NCBI GenBank assembly: GCA_963806225.1
Contig: CAWDXG010000004.1
Coordinates: 5,152,001 to 5,216,000, forward strand
Source: an uncultured delta proteobacterium
Lineage (GTDB): Bacteria > Myxococcota_A > Polyangia > Polyangiales > Polyangiaceae
Length of the DNA stretch: 64,000 bases
Direction: 5' to 3'
Under the pieces are notes generated by a model. That model searched no databases. It had not been told where the DNA came from and worked only from the letters and a program-made list of their open reading frames with translations. Below are positions 31,556-42,438 of this stretch, in pieces (positions within the stretch are counted from its first letter, which is position 1; every line of letters begins with the position of its first letter). Both the position numbers and the translations under genes were made by a program.

Positions 31556-32401
31556 TCAGAGTAGGCTCTTGAGGTCCAGCATCTCGCTGACGTCCGGCAT
31601 CAGCACCAGCTCGACCCGGCGGTTCTGCTGCCGGCCATCGGGAGTGCTGTTGTCCGCGACGGGATCGGTGTCGCCGTAGCCCGCGGCGTGCAGCCGCGTC
31701 GGGTCCAGGCCGCCGCCGCCTCCCTTCGCGTCGACCGGGGAGATCAGATAGACGAGCACCGAGCGCGCGCGCATCGCCGACAGGCCCCAGTTGTCCTTGA
31801 AGGGGCCGCCCTTGAGCGGCTTGTTGTCCGTGTGCCCGGCGACCTGGAAGTAGCGCTTGGACAGCTGCTTGTCGCTGCGGATGACCTCGGCCACCGCGTC
31901 CAGCACCTTGAGGCCCTTGTCGCGGAGCTTGGCCGAGCCGGAGGCAAACAGCACGTCGCCCGGCAGCGAGATGACCATGCGATTCTTGCGGATTTCGACC
32001 TTCAGGCCGAGGTCGGTCAGCTTCTGCAGCTTTCCGCGGAGTAGCTCGAAGCGCTGCTTGATGCGCTCCAGCACCGCCGCGCGCGCCTTGTACTCGTCCA
32101 GCGCCTGCTTGAGCTGCTTCAGGTTCTGCGCCAGTTGTTCCTTCTCGGTGCCGGTGGCCTGCAGCTGCTGGGTCAGCGTCTCGATGTTCACGCCCATCTT
32201 CTTCAGCTGGTCGCTGAGCTGGGCGACCTTCTGCTTCATCTGATCCAGCTCGGCCTGGGCCTTGGCGCGTTCGGACTTTTCCTGCTGGTACTTCGAGTCC
32301 AGCTGCTTGTACTTGGCAAGCTGCGCCTGCCACTCGTCTTCCGAGTAGCCGCAGCCCACAACGCCTACCGCGATCAGGAGCACGAGAATGCGCTTCAACA
32401 C
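31556..32401 (-). CDS. OmpA/MotB-family peptidoglycan-binding lipoprotein with coiled coil
   Basis: AGGAGG RBS, lipobox VVGC, heptad region, LFASGS, GHTD, NWGLSAMRA and NRRVE motifs. Confidence 0.88.
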   Translation of the reverse strand: MLKRILVLLIAVGVVGCGYSEDEWQAQLAKYKQLDSKYQQEKSERAKAQAELDQMKQKVAQLSDQLKKMGVNIETLTQQLQATGTEKEQLAQNLKQLKQALDEYKARAAVLERIKQRFELLRGKLQKLTDLGLKVEIRKNRMVISLPGDVLFASGSAKLRDKGLKVLDAVAEVIRSDKQLSKRYFQVAGHTDNKPLKGGPFKDNWGLSAMRARSVLVYLISPVDAKGGGGGLDPTRLHAAGYGDTDPVADNSTPDGRQQNRRVELVLMPDVSEMLDLKSLL

Positions 32402-32640
32402 GGGGATTGACCTCCTATTGGGGTTCGGATCCGGGCCACCGCGCCGGACAGACGGGCCCTTCCAGGGTCGGTGGCGAAGCTCCGCGATAGCGCACGGCGA
32501 GTCAACCCCCCCCCGAGGCTCCACGCGCATCACCGGTCGGTCGGCGTCGGCCACAGGGCCGGTCTGGTGCCGGCGCTCCGGATCGAAAAGAGGGAGTAGG
32601 ATGGCGGGTGAAGAGACGCTGCTACGTCTGTTCTACTGGC

Positions 32641-32658
32641 CTGTCACCTGGCCGTCAC
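32641..32658 (+). promoter_or_regulatory. Pho box upstream of phoB
   Basis: CTGTCAC-CTGG-CCGTCAC, 11-bp periodic direct repeat. Confidence 0.7.
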
Positions 32659-32682
32659 ACGGTGGCGGTAACCCGGCGGCTG

Positions 32683-33387
32683 ATGGCGAAGATCCTGGTC
32701 ATCGAAGACGAACCGGACCTGCAGCAGGTTCTCGAATACAACCTGCGGCAATCGGGGCACGACGTTCTCGTGGCCGGGCGCGGCGAGGAGGGGCTCGCGT
32801 TGGCGCGTGACCAGCGCCCCGACCTGGTTCTGCTCGATCTGATGCTTCCGGACATTTCCGGGACCGAGGTCTGCAAGTCGCTCCGCGACAGCGCGAAGAC
32901 CCGCAAGCTGCCGGTCATCATGCTGACCGCCCGCGGCGAGGAGATCGACCGCGTCGTGGGTTTCGAGCTCGGCGCGGACGACTACGTGGTCAAGCCGTTC
33001 AGCGTGCGGGAGCTGCTGCTGCGCATCCAGGCCATCCTGCGTCGTGGCAGGGGCGGACGAGAGCGAGGGTGAACCGACCATCCAGTTCGGCTGCCTGAAG
33101 ATCGATCGCGAGGCACACCGGGTCTGGGTGGAGGGCAAGGAAGTCGAGCTGACCGCGCTCGAGTTCAGGCTCTTGCTCACCCTGTACGATCGAAGGAACC
33201 GCGTGCAGACGCGCGCTGCGCATTGCTCGATGACGTCTGGGGAATCCAGGCGGACATCACCACTCGCACGGTCGACACGCACGTCAAACGCCTGCGCGAA
33301 AAACTCGACGCGGCACGCGACTACGTGGAAACCGTGCGCGGCGTGGGCTATCGCTTCGTGGCTACGGCAGACGAGGCCAGAACTTGA
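32683..33387 (+). CDS. phoB: Phosphate regulon response regulator PhoB (frameshifts near 33050 and 33218)
   Basis: Receiver domain (ILVIEDE, LLDLMLP, ADDYVVKPF) plus winged helix (LTALEFRLL, TRTVDTHVKRLREKL, ETVRGVGYRF); pho context. Confidence 0.85.
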
Positions 33388-35184
33388 CGCTTGGGATCCG
33401 CGCCAAGCTGTTTCTGGTATCGCTCGGGCTGATAGTCGTCGCTGTTGTTGTTGTGTACGCGTACATGCGCACGAAGCTGTCGCGCGCGTACACGCAAGGC
33501 GTTCGCGAGGAGCTGTTCGCACGGGCCGGGCTCGTTGCCGCGGAAGCCGGCGACTCCCGGGCGCCCATGGACGACGTCGCCGCGTGGGACGCCCTGGCCG
33601 ACAGGCTCGGCGCACGCGCCCATGCGCATGTCACCCTGCTCCGCAGCGACGGCGTTGTGCTTGGAGACTCGCATGTACCCCTCGACGGCATCCGCCAGCT
33701 CGACAGCGAGCTAGAGCTGCCCGAGGTCTCGACGGCGTTGGCCGGCGGCCGGGGCTACGTCGAACGCGAGGGCTCCGACGGCGAGCCGGGCACCCTGTTC
33801 GTCGCGGTGTCGTTCCGCCGCGCGGGCAGGATCGCGGGCGTCGCGCGCGTGGCGACGCCGCTCACGCTGCTGTCCCGTGTCGACGACCAGCTGGAGCGGA
33901 TGCTCACTATCGCGACGGTGCTGGCGCTCCTGTGCGCGGTCGCGATGTCCAGCGTGGCCGCGCATCTGGCGTCGCGCACGGCGCGCTCGCTGACCGCCGC
34001 GGCGCGACGCATGGCCGAGGGGGATCTCGAGACGCGCACGCGCCTCGATGGAAACGACGAGTTCGGCGAGCTGGGTCGCGCGCTGGACCAGTTGGCCCAG
34101 AATCTCTCCACGACGCTCTACGAGCTGCGCAGCCAGCGGGATCGCCTGAGCGGCATCCTCTCCGGGATGCACGAGGGCGTGCTGCTGCTCGACCCGGAAG
34201 GCCGCGTCGTGCTCGTCAATCCAGCGCTGCGCGAGATGCTGCTCTTGCCGGCCGACGCCGAGGGCAAGACTCCGCTGGAGCTGATCCGCCACGCCGAGCT
34301 CAAGGAGCTGCTGGACGCCGCGGGCCACTCTGCGGAACACGTCTCGGGCGAGATCGAGCTGGGTGGGCTCAAGCCGTGCCGGGCGCTGGTGCGGGCTGCG
34401 CAGCTCGGTGGCGAACCGGGCGGCGTGTTCGCCGTCTTCGTCGACGTGACGGAAATGCGGCGCCTGGAGTCGATGCGTCGCGATTTCGTCGCCAACGTGT
34501 CGCATGAGCTCCGCACGCCGGTGACCGCGATCCGTTCGGCGGCCGAGACGCTTCACGACGCCGCGGAGCGCGATCCGGAGGCGGCTCTGGGTTTCGTCGA
34601 CATCATCGACCGCAATGCCGCGCGCCTGCACGAGCCTCGTCGAGGACCTGCTGGACCTCTCGCGCATCGAATCGCGCGAGTTCAGGCTGGCAGTCGAGGA
34701 CCTCGATCTGGAGCCGGTCTTCTCGCACGTCCTCGGCCTGTTCCGCGAGCGCGCCGACAAGAAGCAGATCCGGCTCGAACAGCACGTGCCCGGGGACCTG
34801 CCCCTGGCGCGTGCGGACCGCCGCGCGCTGGAGAACATCCTCACGAATCTCGTCGACAACGCGGTCAAGTACTGTGGCAGCGGAGCCGAGGTGCGACTGT
34901 CGGCAAGCGACGATGCGGACGCTGGCGTCGTGCGCGTGGTCGCGGAGGACACCGGGCCGGGAATCGAGGCGCGCCACCTGTCACGGTTGTTCGAGCGCTT
35001 CTACCGCGTCGATGCCGGCCGCTCGCGCCAGCTGGGCGGAACGGGGCTCGGATTATCCATCGTCAAGCATCTGGTCGAGGCCATGGGGGGCAGCGTGGGC
35101 GTCGACAGCGAGCCGGGTCGGGGCACGCGATTCCGCTTCTCCCTGCCGCGCGCCGAGCAGGCCAAAGCGCCCGTCCCAAAATAG
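33384..35184 (+). CDS. phoR: Sensor histidine kinase PhoR (HAMP-PAS-HisKA-HATPase; frameshift near 34635)
   Basis: DFVANVSHELRTP, NLVDNAVKY, FERFYRVD and GGTGLGLSIVKH motifs. Confidence 0.88.
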
Positions 35185-35197
35185 GCGCGAGGCGACG

Positions 35198-35497
35198 CTA
35201 CTCTTCGGGGTCGGGTTCGACGTCGTGCCGCAGCGGGTCGATGTCCGGCAGGGTCGGCATCGACTCACGGGTCGCATCCCGGTCCCGTGCGTAGCCGAGG
35301 TCGTGCCGCAGCGGGTCCTCGTCGTGAAGCGTGGGCATCATCTCGCGCGGCCGCCGCGGCGGAGGCGGCGCTTCGACCTCCCACGAGAAGTCGATGTCCG
35401 CGGTGTCGGGGATCACCGAACGCAGAGCATCCGGTCCTGGAACGGTCGGGCGGTTGCTCGCCGCGCGCGGCGGCTCGGACGGTTTCCTCTCGGTCAT
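35198..35497 (-). CDS. Small hypothetical protein with internal repeat
   Basis: Starts just after the VWA gene stop; RExMPTLxDxDPLRHD occurs twice. Confidence 0.5.
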   Translation of the reverse strand: MTERKPSEPPRAASNRPTVPGPDALRSVIPDTADIDFSWEVEAPPPPRRPREMMPTLHDEDPLRHDLGYARDRDATRESMPTLPDIDPLRHDVEPDPEE

Positions 35498-35504
35498 CTC
35501 TCGC

Positions 35505-36912
35505 CTAGCGAGAGATCTTGCTGCGCCGGCGGCGGAACGCAAACCCGGCGCCGAATGCCAGCATCAGCAGTGCTCCACTCTCGTGGTTTCCGGTCGCACC
35601 GCCCACTCCGACACGGCAAGCGCAGCCGCCCTTGTCCCCGCTGTCCTGGGGCCGCCCGTTGCCGCTGCCCGCGGCGGCCGCGTCGTCGCCGTTGCCGGCG
35701 TCCTGCGTGGCCCCCGCCGAGCCGCCCGCGGCTGCCATGCCACCGCTGCCGCCGGTTGCGCCCGTGCCGCCGGTTGCGCCCGTGCCGCCGGTTGCGCCCG
35801 TGCCGCCGGTTGCGCCCGTGCCGCCGGTTGCGCCCGTGCCGCCTGCTCCGCCGGTCCCAGCGGTTCCGCCGGCTCCGGCCGTTCCCGCGTCGGCGCACAC
35901 CGCGTCGCACGGAGTGAGCTGGCCGTTGACGCACTTCTGCTGGCCGGTGCCGCAGGAGTTGGTGCAGCTGACGGTGTTCGGTGCGTCGCATGAAGACCAG
36001 CCGGCACCTGTGCAGGTGCGTGTGCCCTCGATGCCGCAGGGGCCGGTGCAGCTGTCGGTCACCACCGCCTGCACGATGTTCGAGAGCGCCGTGGTCAGCT
36101 CCGACGGCGAGGTCGCCTGCAGATAGCAGCTCGGCGATTGGCTGTTCGGATCGCAGTTCGCGAGCGCGGTCCCGCCGGCCTGTGCGGCCCTGTTGAGCGT
36201 CAGGGCGTCCGTCTTCGAGCCGAATCCGACCACGTACGTGGGAACGGCCGTCTTCTGCAGCGCCTGCACGCCGAGCACGGGCCAGCTCCGGACGCAGTAG
36301 CACCCGTCAGCGTTCTGGCCGGAGCAGTTCGGATCCGATGCTTCCCACCTGGCACGAGTTGCACGTGGGACAGCTCGACACCCCCATCAGCGAGCAGTCC
36401 GCGCTCGACGCGCACACCGGCGGGCCGCTCGAGCCCGGGATGTCGCAGAACTGCCAGCCGTCGGTCATGAAGACCACGTAGTTCTTGTGGGCCGAGTCGA
36501 TGATACCGGCGTACTGCGACGCGGCGACCAGGCTCTGGCCAGCCGGTGTCTGGTTGTTCGCCGGGATGTTCAGGCCGAAGAGCGTGGATTCGATCTGCGA
36601 GCCGGTGCCGGCCGAGACGTCGACACGTACGGTCCCGGTCGAGCAGGTTCCCGTTGGACCGGGGAACGTCATCAGGCCGTACTCGGCTGCGCCGCCGTAG
36701 TTCTGGAAGACCGAGTGGACCGCGTCCTGTACGGCCTGCCACTTGGTCTCCTGGGTTCCGTTGTTGTCGATCTTTTGCAGCATGGACGAAGAAGCGTCCA
36801 TCACGAACAGGATCCGCGGTGGGTCGCACGTCTGCGCGCGCGCAGAGGGAGCGAGGAGCGTGATCGGGATGGCGCAGGCTGCCAGGGCCAGGGCAAGGCG
36901 GGATCGACTCAT
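35505..36912 (-). CDS. Secreted VWA-domain, Cys-rich protein with MYXO-CTERM sorting signal (frameshift near 36340)
   Basis: Signal peptide, MDASSSM MIDAS, FMTDG, Gly-rich linker, GGCAC plus TM plus RRRR C-terminus. Confidence 0.8.
35751..35840 (-). repeat. 18-bp tandem repeat x5 encoding GGTGAT
   Basis: GCCGGTTGCGCCCGTGCC repeated five times on the + strand. Confidence 0.92.
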
Positions 36913-37031
36913 AGCTGTGCAGGATATCAGGGGGCGCGCGGGTATTACACCCGTACCGGGAATAGTCGGCTGGCCGGCAGGTCGGTTGACGTCGCACAAG
37001 CGTCGTCGGCCCCACGACCTAATTTTCTCCC

Positions 37032-37060
37032 AAGTCACTGCTGCGTCACCCGTGCGTCAC
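37032..37060 (+). promoter_or_regulatory. Triple Pho-box-like repeat upstream of the porin gene
   Basis: GTCAC at 37034, 37045 and 37056 (11-bp period). Confidence 0.7.
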
Positions 37061-37110
37061 ACGACGCAGGCTTTCTCTCGGGCGTCTCGAAACGAAAGAG
37101 ATCCACGCCC

Positions 37111-38445
37111 ATGAGAACCGCCTTCCGACTCGTCCCGCTCGCACTCCTCACGGCCGGCACTGCCCTGGCCCAGACCCCGCCTGCTCCGGGTCCGGCTCCG
37201 GCTCCCGGCGCTGCCCAGCCGGCACCGCCCGCGGCCGGCGCCGAACCGGCTCCCGCTGCGGGCGATACCCAGCCGGCCTCTCCGGCGCCCGCCCAGCCTG
37301 CGCCGGCCCCGGCTCCGGCGCCTGCCGAGCCCGCGCCCGCGCCTGCTCCGGCTCCCGCGGCCGCGCCCGCCGCCAAGGCGACCACCGCTCCGGTCGCCGA
37401 CGCGTCACCCGCCGAGCCCCCCGCACCTGAAGCGGAGGGAGCGCCCGCGCTGCCCACGAAGCTCAGCGTCGGCAAAGGGGGCGGGTACTTCCAGCCCAGC
37501 GCCAACCTCCAGTTCTGGGGGATCTACGACCGCGACGTGAACGGCATGGACTCCACCACGCTGCGCATCCGCCGCTCGGAGTTGAAGATCAAGGGCGAGA
37601 TCATCCCCGACTGGGTGGCCTACGGGGTGATGATCGATCCCGCCAAGCTGTTGACCCAGAAGCAGACGACGGTCGGCGTCGACAACGGCACGCCCGGCGC
37701 AAGCGTCACGGTGCCCACGCGCAGCGGCGACCAGTCGATCCTGCAGGACTTCTACATCAAGCTGCTCACGAAGTACGCGGACATCTCCGGCGGCCAGTTC
37801 AAGATCCCGGTGAGCTGGGAAGGCTCGAACTCGGCTACCGAGCTGATCCTCCCCGAGCGCGCTCTCGTGTCCCGCAGGTTCGGCGACAAGCGCGACCTGG
37901 GCATCAAGGTCGACAAGAAGCTGGGCAACTACTTCTACTACTCGCTCGGCTTGTTCAACGGCCAGGGTCTGAACCACCTGGACAAGAACAACCAGAAGGA
38001 CGCCGCGCTGCGCCTCGAGGTCTACCCCATGGACGGCATCATGGTGGGTGGCGTCGCCTACACCTCGATCGGTCAGCGCAATCTTGCCGGTACGAAGGAT
38101 CGGCTCGAAGGCGATGTGCGCCTGTCGCTCCACAACGTGCTGCTGCAGGCCGAGTACATCTGGGGTCGCGACAAGCTAAAGGACAACTTCCACTTCCAGC
38201 GCTCGCACGGCATGTACGGCGCAGTCGGCTACACGCTGTTCGACAAGCTGCAGCCGGTCTTCCGCGTCGGTTTCCTCGACCCGAACCTGTCGGCGTCGAA
38301 CGATCGCACCACCGCCTACGAAGGCGGCGTGAACTACTACTTCCAGGGCAAGCAGATGAAGCTGCAGGCCAGCTTCAGCGTGTTCCACCCGCAACAGGGC
38401 GCGAACTCCCGCGAGGGCATCCTCGCTGCGCAGGTCACGTTCTAG
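37111..38445 (+). CDS. Phosphate-selective porin (OprO/OprP-like)
   Basis: Signal peptide, Pro/Ala linker, RIRRSELKIKG, GQFKIP and GLFNGQG motifs, terminal Phe; upstream of pstS. Confidence 0.78.
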   Translation: MRTAFRLVPLALLTAGTALAQTPPAPGPAPAPGAAQPAPPAAGAEPAPAAGDTQPASPAPAQPAPAPAPAPAEPAPAPAPAPAAAPAAKATTAPVADASPAEPPAPEAEGAPALPTKLSVGKGGGYFQPSANLQFWGIYDRDVNGMDSTTLRIRRSELKIKGEIIPDWVAYGVMIDPAKLLTQKQTTVGVDNGTPGASVTVPTRSGDQSILQDFYIKLLTKYADISGGQFKIPVSWEGSNSATELILPERALVSRRFGDKRDLGIKVDKKLGNYFYYSLGLFNGQGLNHLDKNNQKDAALRLEVYPMDGIMVGGVAYTSIGQRNLAGTKDRLEGDVRLSLHNVLLQAEYIWGRDKLKDNFHFQRSHGMYGAVGYTLFDKLQPVFRVGFLDPNLSASNDRTTAYEGGVNYYFQGKQMKLQASFSVFHPQQGANSREGILAAQVTF

Positions 38446-38481
38446 CCGACCGCGACGGACGGGGGCGCCGCCCCCCGTCTG

Positions 38482-38499
38482 CTGTCACCCAACTGTCAC
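38482..38499 (+). promoter_or_regulatory. Pho box upstream of pstS
   Basis: CTGTCAC-CCAA-CTGTCAC, near-consensus Pho box. Confidence 0.85.
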
Positions 38500-38557
38500 A
38501 TAGGTGTTGCTCGATAGCCGCTCCCTCCCGGGCGGCGCTTGATAGGAGAGGTCCACA

Positions 38558-39634
38558 ATGACCGCCAGACGTACGCTGCTGATTCTCGTCGCGCTCGCTT
38601 CCTTCGCGCTCGTCGGCTGCAAGCACTCCAGCGACAAGTCGCAAGGCTCGAGCGGTGGGTCGAAGAACATCACCCTGAACGGGGCCGGCGCCACGTTCCC
38701 GTTCCCGCTCTATTCGAAGTGGATGAGCGAGTACAACAAGCTCCACCCGAACATCCGCATCAACTACCAGTCGATCGGTTCGGGCGGCGGCATCCGCCAG
38801 ATCACGGCCGGTACCGTCGACTTCGGCGCGTCCGACGCGCCGATGAAGCCGGCAGAAGAGAAGAAGGCGCCGGGCAAGCTGTTCCACATCCCGACGACCA
38901 TCGGCGCCGTGGTGATCACCTACAACATCCCTGGTGTGACGGGCACGCTCAAGCTCACCGGGGACGTGATCGGCAACATCTACCTCGGCAAGATCAAGAA
39001 GTGGAACGACAAGGCGCTGACCGATCTGAACCCTGACGCCAAGCTGCCCGACAAGGACATCTCGGTCGTGCACCGCACCGACGGTAGCGGCACCACGAAC
39101 GTCTTCACCGACTACCTCGCGAAGGTCAGCCCGGAATGGAAGGACAAGGTCGGCGTCGGCAAGAGCGTCAACTGGCCCGCAGGTCTCGGTGGCAAGGGCA
39201 ACGAGGGCGTCACCGGTCAGGTGAAGACCAACCCCGGTTCGATCGGCTACGTCGAACTCGCCTACGCGATCCAGAACAAGCTGCCGGTGGCACTGCTCAA
39301 GGACAAGGCCGGCGACTTCGTGAAGCCCGAGATCGCCGCGATCACCGAGGCCGCCGCGGGCGTCAAGCTGCCGGAGAGCCTGCACATCTCGATCACCGAC
39401 CCCGAAGGCAAAGGTGCGTATCCGATCTCGTCCTTCACCTACCTGCTGGTGTACGAGAACGCCAAGGACCCGGTGAAGGGCAAGGCCATCGCCGACTTCG
39501 CCTGGTGGGCCATCCACGACGGCCAGAAGTTCTCCAAGGCTCTCGACTACGCGCCGCTGCCGGATTCGGTGGTGAAGCAGATCGAGGCGCGCCTGAAGAT
39601 GCTCAAGGCGAACGGCAAGCCCCTGCTCAAGTAG
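38558..39634 (+). CDS. pstS: Phosphate ABC transporter substrate-binding lipoprotein
   Basis: GAGATFP, YQSIGSGGG, DFGASD and HRTDGSGTT motifs. Confidence 0.96.
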   Translation: MTARRTLLILVALASFALVGCKHSSDKSQGSSGGSKNITLNGAGATFPFPLYSKWMSEYNKLHPNIRINYQSIGSGGGIRQITAGTVDFGASDAPMKPAEEKKAPGKLFHIPTTIGAVVITYNIPGVTGTLKLTGDVIGNIYLGKIKKWNDKALTDLNPDAKLPDKDISVVHRTDGSGTTNVFTDYLAKVSPEWKDKVGVGKSVNWPAGLGGKGNEGVTGQVKTNPGSIGYVELAYAIQNKLPVALLKDKAGDFVKPEIAAITEAAAGVKLPESLHISITDPEGKGAYPISSFTYLLVYENAKDPVKGKAIADFAWWAIHDGQKFSKALDYAPLPDSVVKQIEARLKMLKANGKPLLK

Positions 39635-39656
39635 TCGGTTTTTTCCGCAAAATCAA

Positions 39657-39692
39657 CGAACCCCGGGCGCGCCATCGCGTGTCCGGGGTTCG
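39657..39692 (+). terminator. Intergenic stem-loop between pstS and pstC (attenuator or mRNA stabiliser)
   Basis: CGAACCCCGGGCGCG-CCAT-CGCGTGTCCGGGGTTCG. Confidence 0.6.
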
Positions 39693-39703
39693 GCGTAGAT
39701 GCC

Positions 39704-40688
39704 ATGGCGTCCAAATCCAACACCTCACTGGTCCGGCCCCGCCCCAAGTGGCTCGCGCGAGTCGGTCGTGAAGCCAACTGGGGTGACTCCGTCTTCCGCG
39801 TGTTGACCGGCCTGTTCGCCGTGGTCGTGGTGCTGACGCTGCTGGCCATGGCGCTGCAGATGACCGAGGCCTCGAGCGCCAGCCTCCACAAGTTCGGGTT
39901 CGGCTTCATTGTCTCCAGCGTGTGGGACCCGGTGCGCGAGGTCTTCGGCGCGCTGCCCTTCATCTACGGCACACTCGTCTCCTCGCTGCTGTCGTTGGTC
40001 ATCGCGGTGCCCGTCTCGATCGGCGTGGCCATCTTCCTGAGCGAGATGGCGCCGGCGTGGCTAAGGACGCCGATTGGCTTTCTGGTCGAGCTTCTGGCGG
40101 CGGTGCCCAGCGTCGTCTACGGCCTGTGGGGCATCTTCGCGCTGGCGCCGTGGATTCGCGACAGCGTGGAGCCCGCGCTCGGCAAGACGTTGGGCTTCCT
40201 GCCTCTGTTCAAGGGGCCGCACAGCGGCTTCAGCATGCTCACGGGCGGCATCATCCTCGCCATCATGATCACGCCGACCATCTCCTCGGTGAGCCGCGAG
40301 GTGCTGCGCGCGGTGCCGTCGTCGCTACGCGAGGGCGCGCTGGCGCTCGGTGCGACGCGCTGGGAGGCGGTGCGGATGGCCGTGCTGCCGTTTGCGCGCT
40401 CGGGGCTGATCGGCGCGATCATCCTGGGGCTCGGCCGCGCGCTCGGCGAGACGATGGCGATCACGATGGTGATCGGAAACCGCGCCGAGATCGCCGCGTC
40501 GCTGTTCGCAGCCCGCCTACACGATGGCCAGCGTCATCGCCAACGAGTTCACCGAGGCAACCGGCGACGTGTACCTCGCCGCGCTGGCCGAGATCGGGCT
40601 GCTCCTGTTCGTCGTCACCGTGCTGCTGAACATCGTGGCCCGGCTTCTGGTGTGGCGCGTGGGCAGGCCGCCGGAAGGAGCACGCTGA
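39704..40688 (+). CDS. pstC: Phosphate ABC transporter permease (frameshift near 40510)
   Basis: ELLAAVPSVVYGLWG, ALALGATRWE and GRALGETMA motifs. Confidence 0.92.
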
Positions 40689-41534
40689 TGGTCGATCGGT
40701 ACCGCTGGCGGAAGACGGTGGACTACGTGGTGCGCGGCGCCTGCGTCGCGGCCACGTTGCTCGCCCTGGTGCCGCTCGTCAGCGTGCTCTACTACGTGAC
40801 CGAAAAGGGCATCGGCGGCGTCAACCTCGCGTTCTTCACCGAGCTGCCGAAGCCCGTCGGCGAAACGGGTGGCGGTATGGCCAACGCCATCTACGGGACG
40901 CTGAAGCTGGTCGGCCTGGCCTGCCTGTTCGGGATTCCGCCGGGCGTGCTCGCCGGTGTGTACCTGGCCGAGTTCGGCGGGAGCCGCTTCGCCAAGCTGG
41001 TGCGCTTCAGCGCCGACGTGATGTCCGGCGTCCCGAGCATCACGGTCGGTATCTTCATCTACACGATCATGGTCCTGACCATGAAGCGCTTCTCGGCGCT
41101 GGCCGGTGGCGTGGCGCTCGCCGTGCTGATGCTGCCGACTGTCACGCGGACGACGGAGGAGCTCCTGCGTCTCGTTCCGGAGTCGCTGCGCGAGGCCGCT
41201 CTGGGCCTGGGCGTGCCGAAGTGGCGCGCCACCCTACGCGTGGTTCTCCGAACGGCCGCGCCCGGTATCGCGACGGGTGTTATGCTGGCGATCGCCCGGG
41301 TCGCCGGCGAAACGGCGCCGCTGCTCTTCACTTCTTTCAACAACCGCTTCTGGGCCGACGGTATCGACCAGCCGACGGCCTCGCTTCCCGTCCAGATCTA
41401 CACCTACGCGGTCTCGCCCTACGAAGACTGGCATCGCCAGGCGTGGGCCGCGGCATTCGTGCTGGTGGCGATGGTCCTGGCGCTCAATATCCTGGCCAGG
41501 GTACTCGTCCGTCAACCGCGTGAGGACCCGATGA
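40688..41534 (+). CDS. pstA: Phosphate ABC transporter permease (probable frameshift near 41510)
   Basis: GGGMANAIYGT, GVPSITVG and ARVAGETAPLL motifs. Confidence 0.9.
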
Positions 41535-41543
41535 GACCCCGAG

Positions 41544-42425
41544 ATGCCCATGTCGCTCTCCAATCTCCGCACCCGAGAAGCCAGTGCCGGTCCCGAGCCG
41601 GCCGCCTCCACGCTTTCCACCGAGCGCACATCCGAGGGGGTATCATCCGATGCCATGCTGGAGGGCGAGGTGGATGCCAAGATGCTGGCGGAGGGGCTGC
41701 ATGCCTACTTCGGTCCGACGGAGGTGCTCAAGGGCATCGACATCCCCATCGCCGAGACCAAGGTCACCGCCATCATCGGTCCGTCGGGCTGCGGCAAGTC
41801 GACCTTCATCCGCTGTCTGAACCGTATGCACGAGGTCGTCCCCGGCGCGCGGGCGACCGGGCGCGTGCTGCTCGACGGCCAGGACATCTACCAGGCCGAC
41901 GTGGATCCGGTCCGGGTGCGGCGCCGGGTGGGGATGGTGTTCCAGAAGCCGAATCCGTTCCCGACCATGTCCATCCGCGACAACGTCCTGGCCGGCCTCC
42001 GGCTGAACGGCCTGAGGACGCGGGATACCGACGCTCTGGTGGAGAAGGCGCTCACGCAGGTCGCGCTCTGGGACGAGGTCAAGGACCGCCTGCATCTGGC
42101 GGGGACGGGCCTTTCCGGCGGGCAGCAGCAGCGGCTGTGCATCGCCCGCAGCCTGGCCCTGGAGCCCGAGGTTCTGCTGATGGATGAGCCCTGTTCCGCC
42201 CTGGATCCCATCGCCACGGCCCGGGTGGAGGAGCTCATCCACGAGCTGAAAGACCGCTACACTATCGTGATCGTCACCCACAACATGCAGCAGGCCGCGC
42301 GTGTGGCAGACTTTACAGCGTTCTTCTACCTGGGCGAGCTCGTGGAGTACAATCAGACGGACGTGATCTTCACCCGGCCGGAGCAGCAGAAGACGGAGGA
42401 CTACATCACGGGGCGATTTGGCTGA
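41544..42425 (+). CDS. pstB: Phosphate ABC transporter ATP-binding protein
   Basis: [27 protein letters not shown] and YITGRFG motifs. Confidence 0.96.
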   Translation: MPMSLSNLRTREASAGPEPAASTLSTERTSEGVSSDAMLEGEVDAKMLAEGLHAYFGPTEVLKGIDIPIAETKVTAIIGPSGCGKSTFIRCLNRMHEVVPGARATGRVLLDGQDIYQADVDPVRVRRRVGMVFQKPNPFPTMSIRDNVLAGLRLNGLRTRDTDALVEKALTQVALWDEVKDRLHLAGTGLSGGQQQRLCIARSLALEPEVLLMDEPCSALDPIATARVEELIHELKDRYTIVIVTHNMQQAARVADFTAFFYLGELVEYNQTDVIFTRPEQQKTEDYITGRFG

Positions 42426-42438
42426 GGACGAGAGCAAG

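Noticed and set aside
28662..35840. Tandem repeats at 28671-28760 and 35751-35840 as CRISPR arrays
   Set aside because: No spacers, in-frame coding repeats, and no cas genes.
39704..42187. Apparent 827-aa PstC-PstA fusion
   Set aside because: Produced by frameshifts near 40510 and 41510. A normal pstC stop / pstA start overlap (TGATG) is present at 40686-40690.
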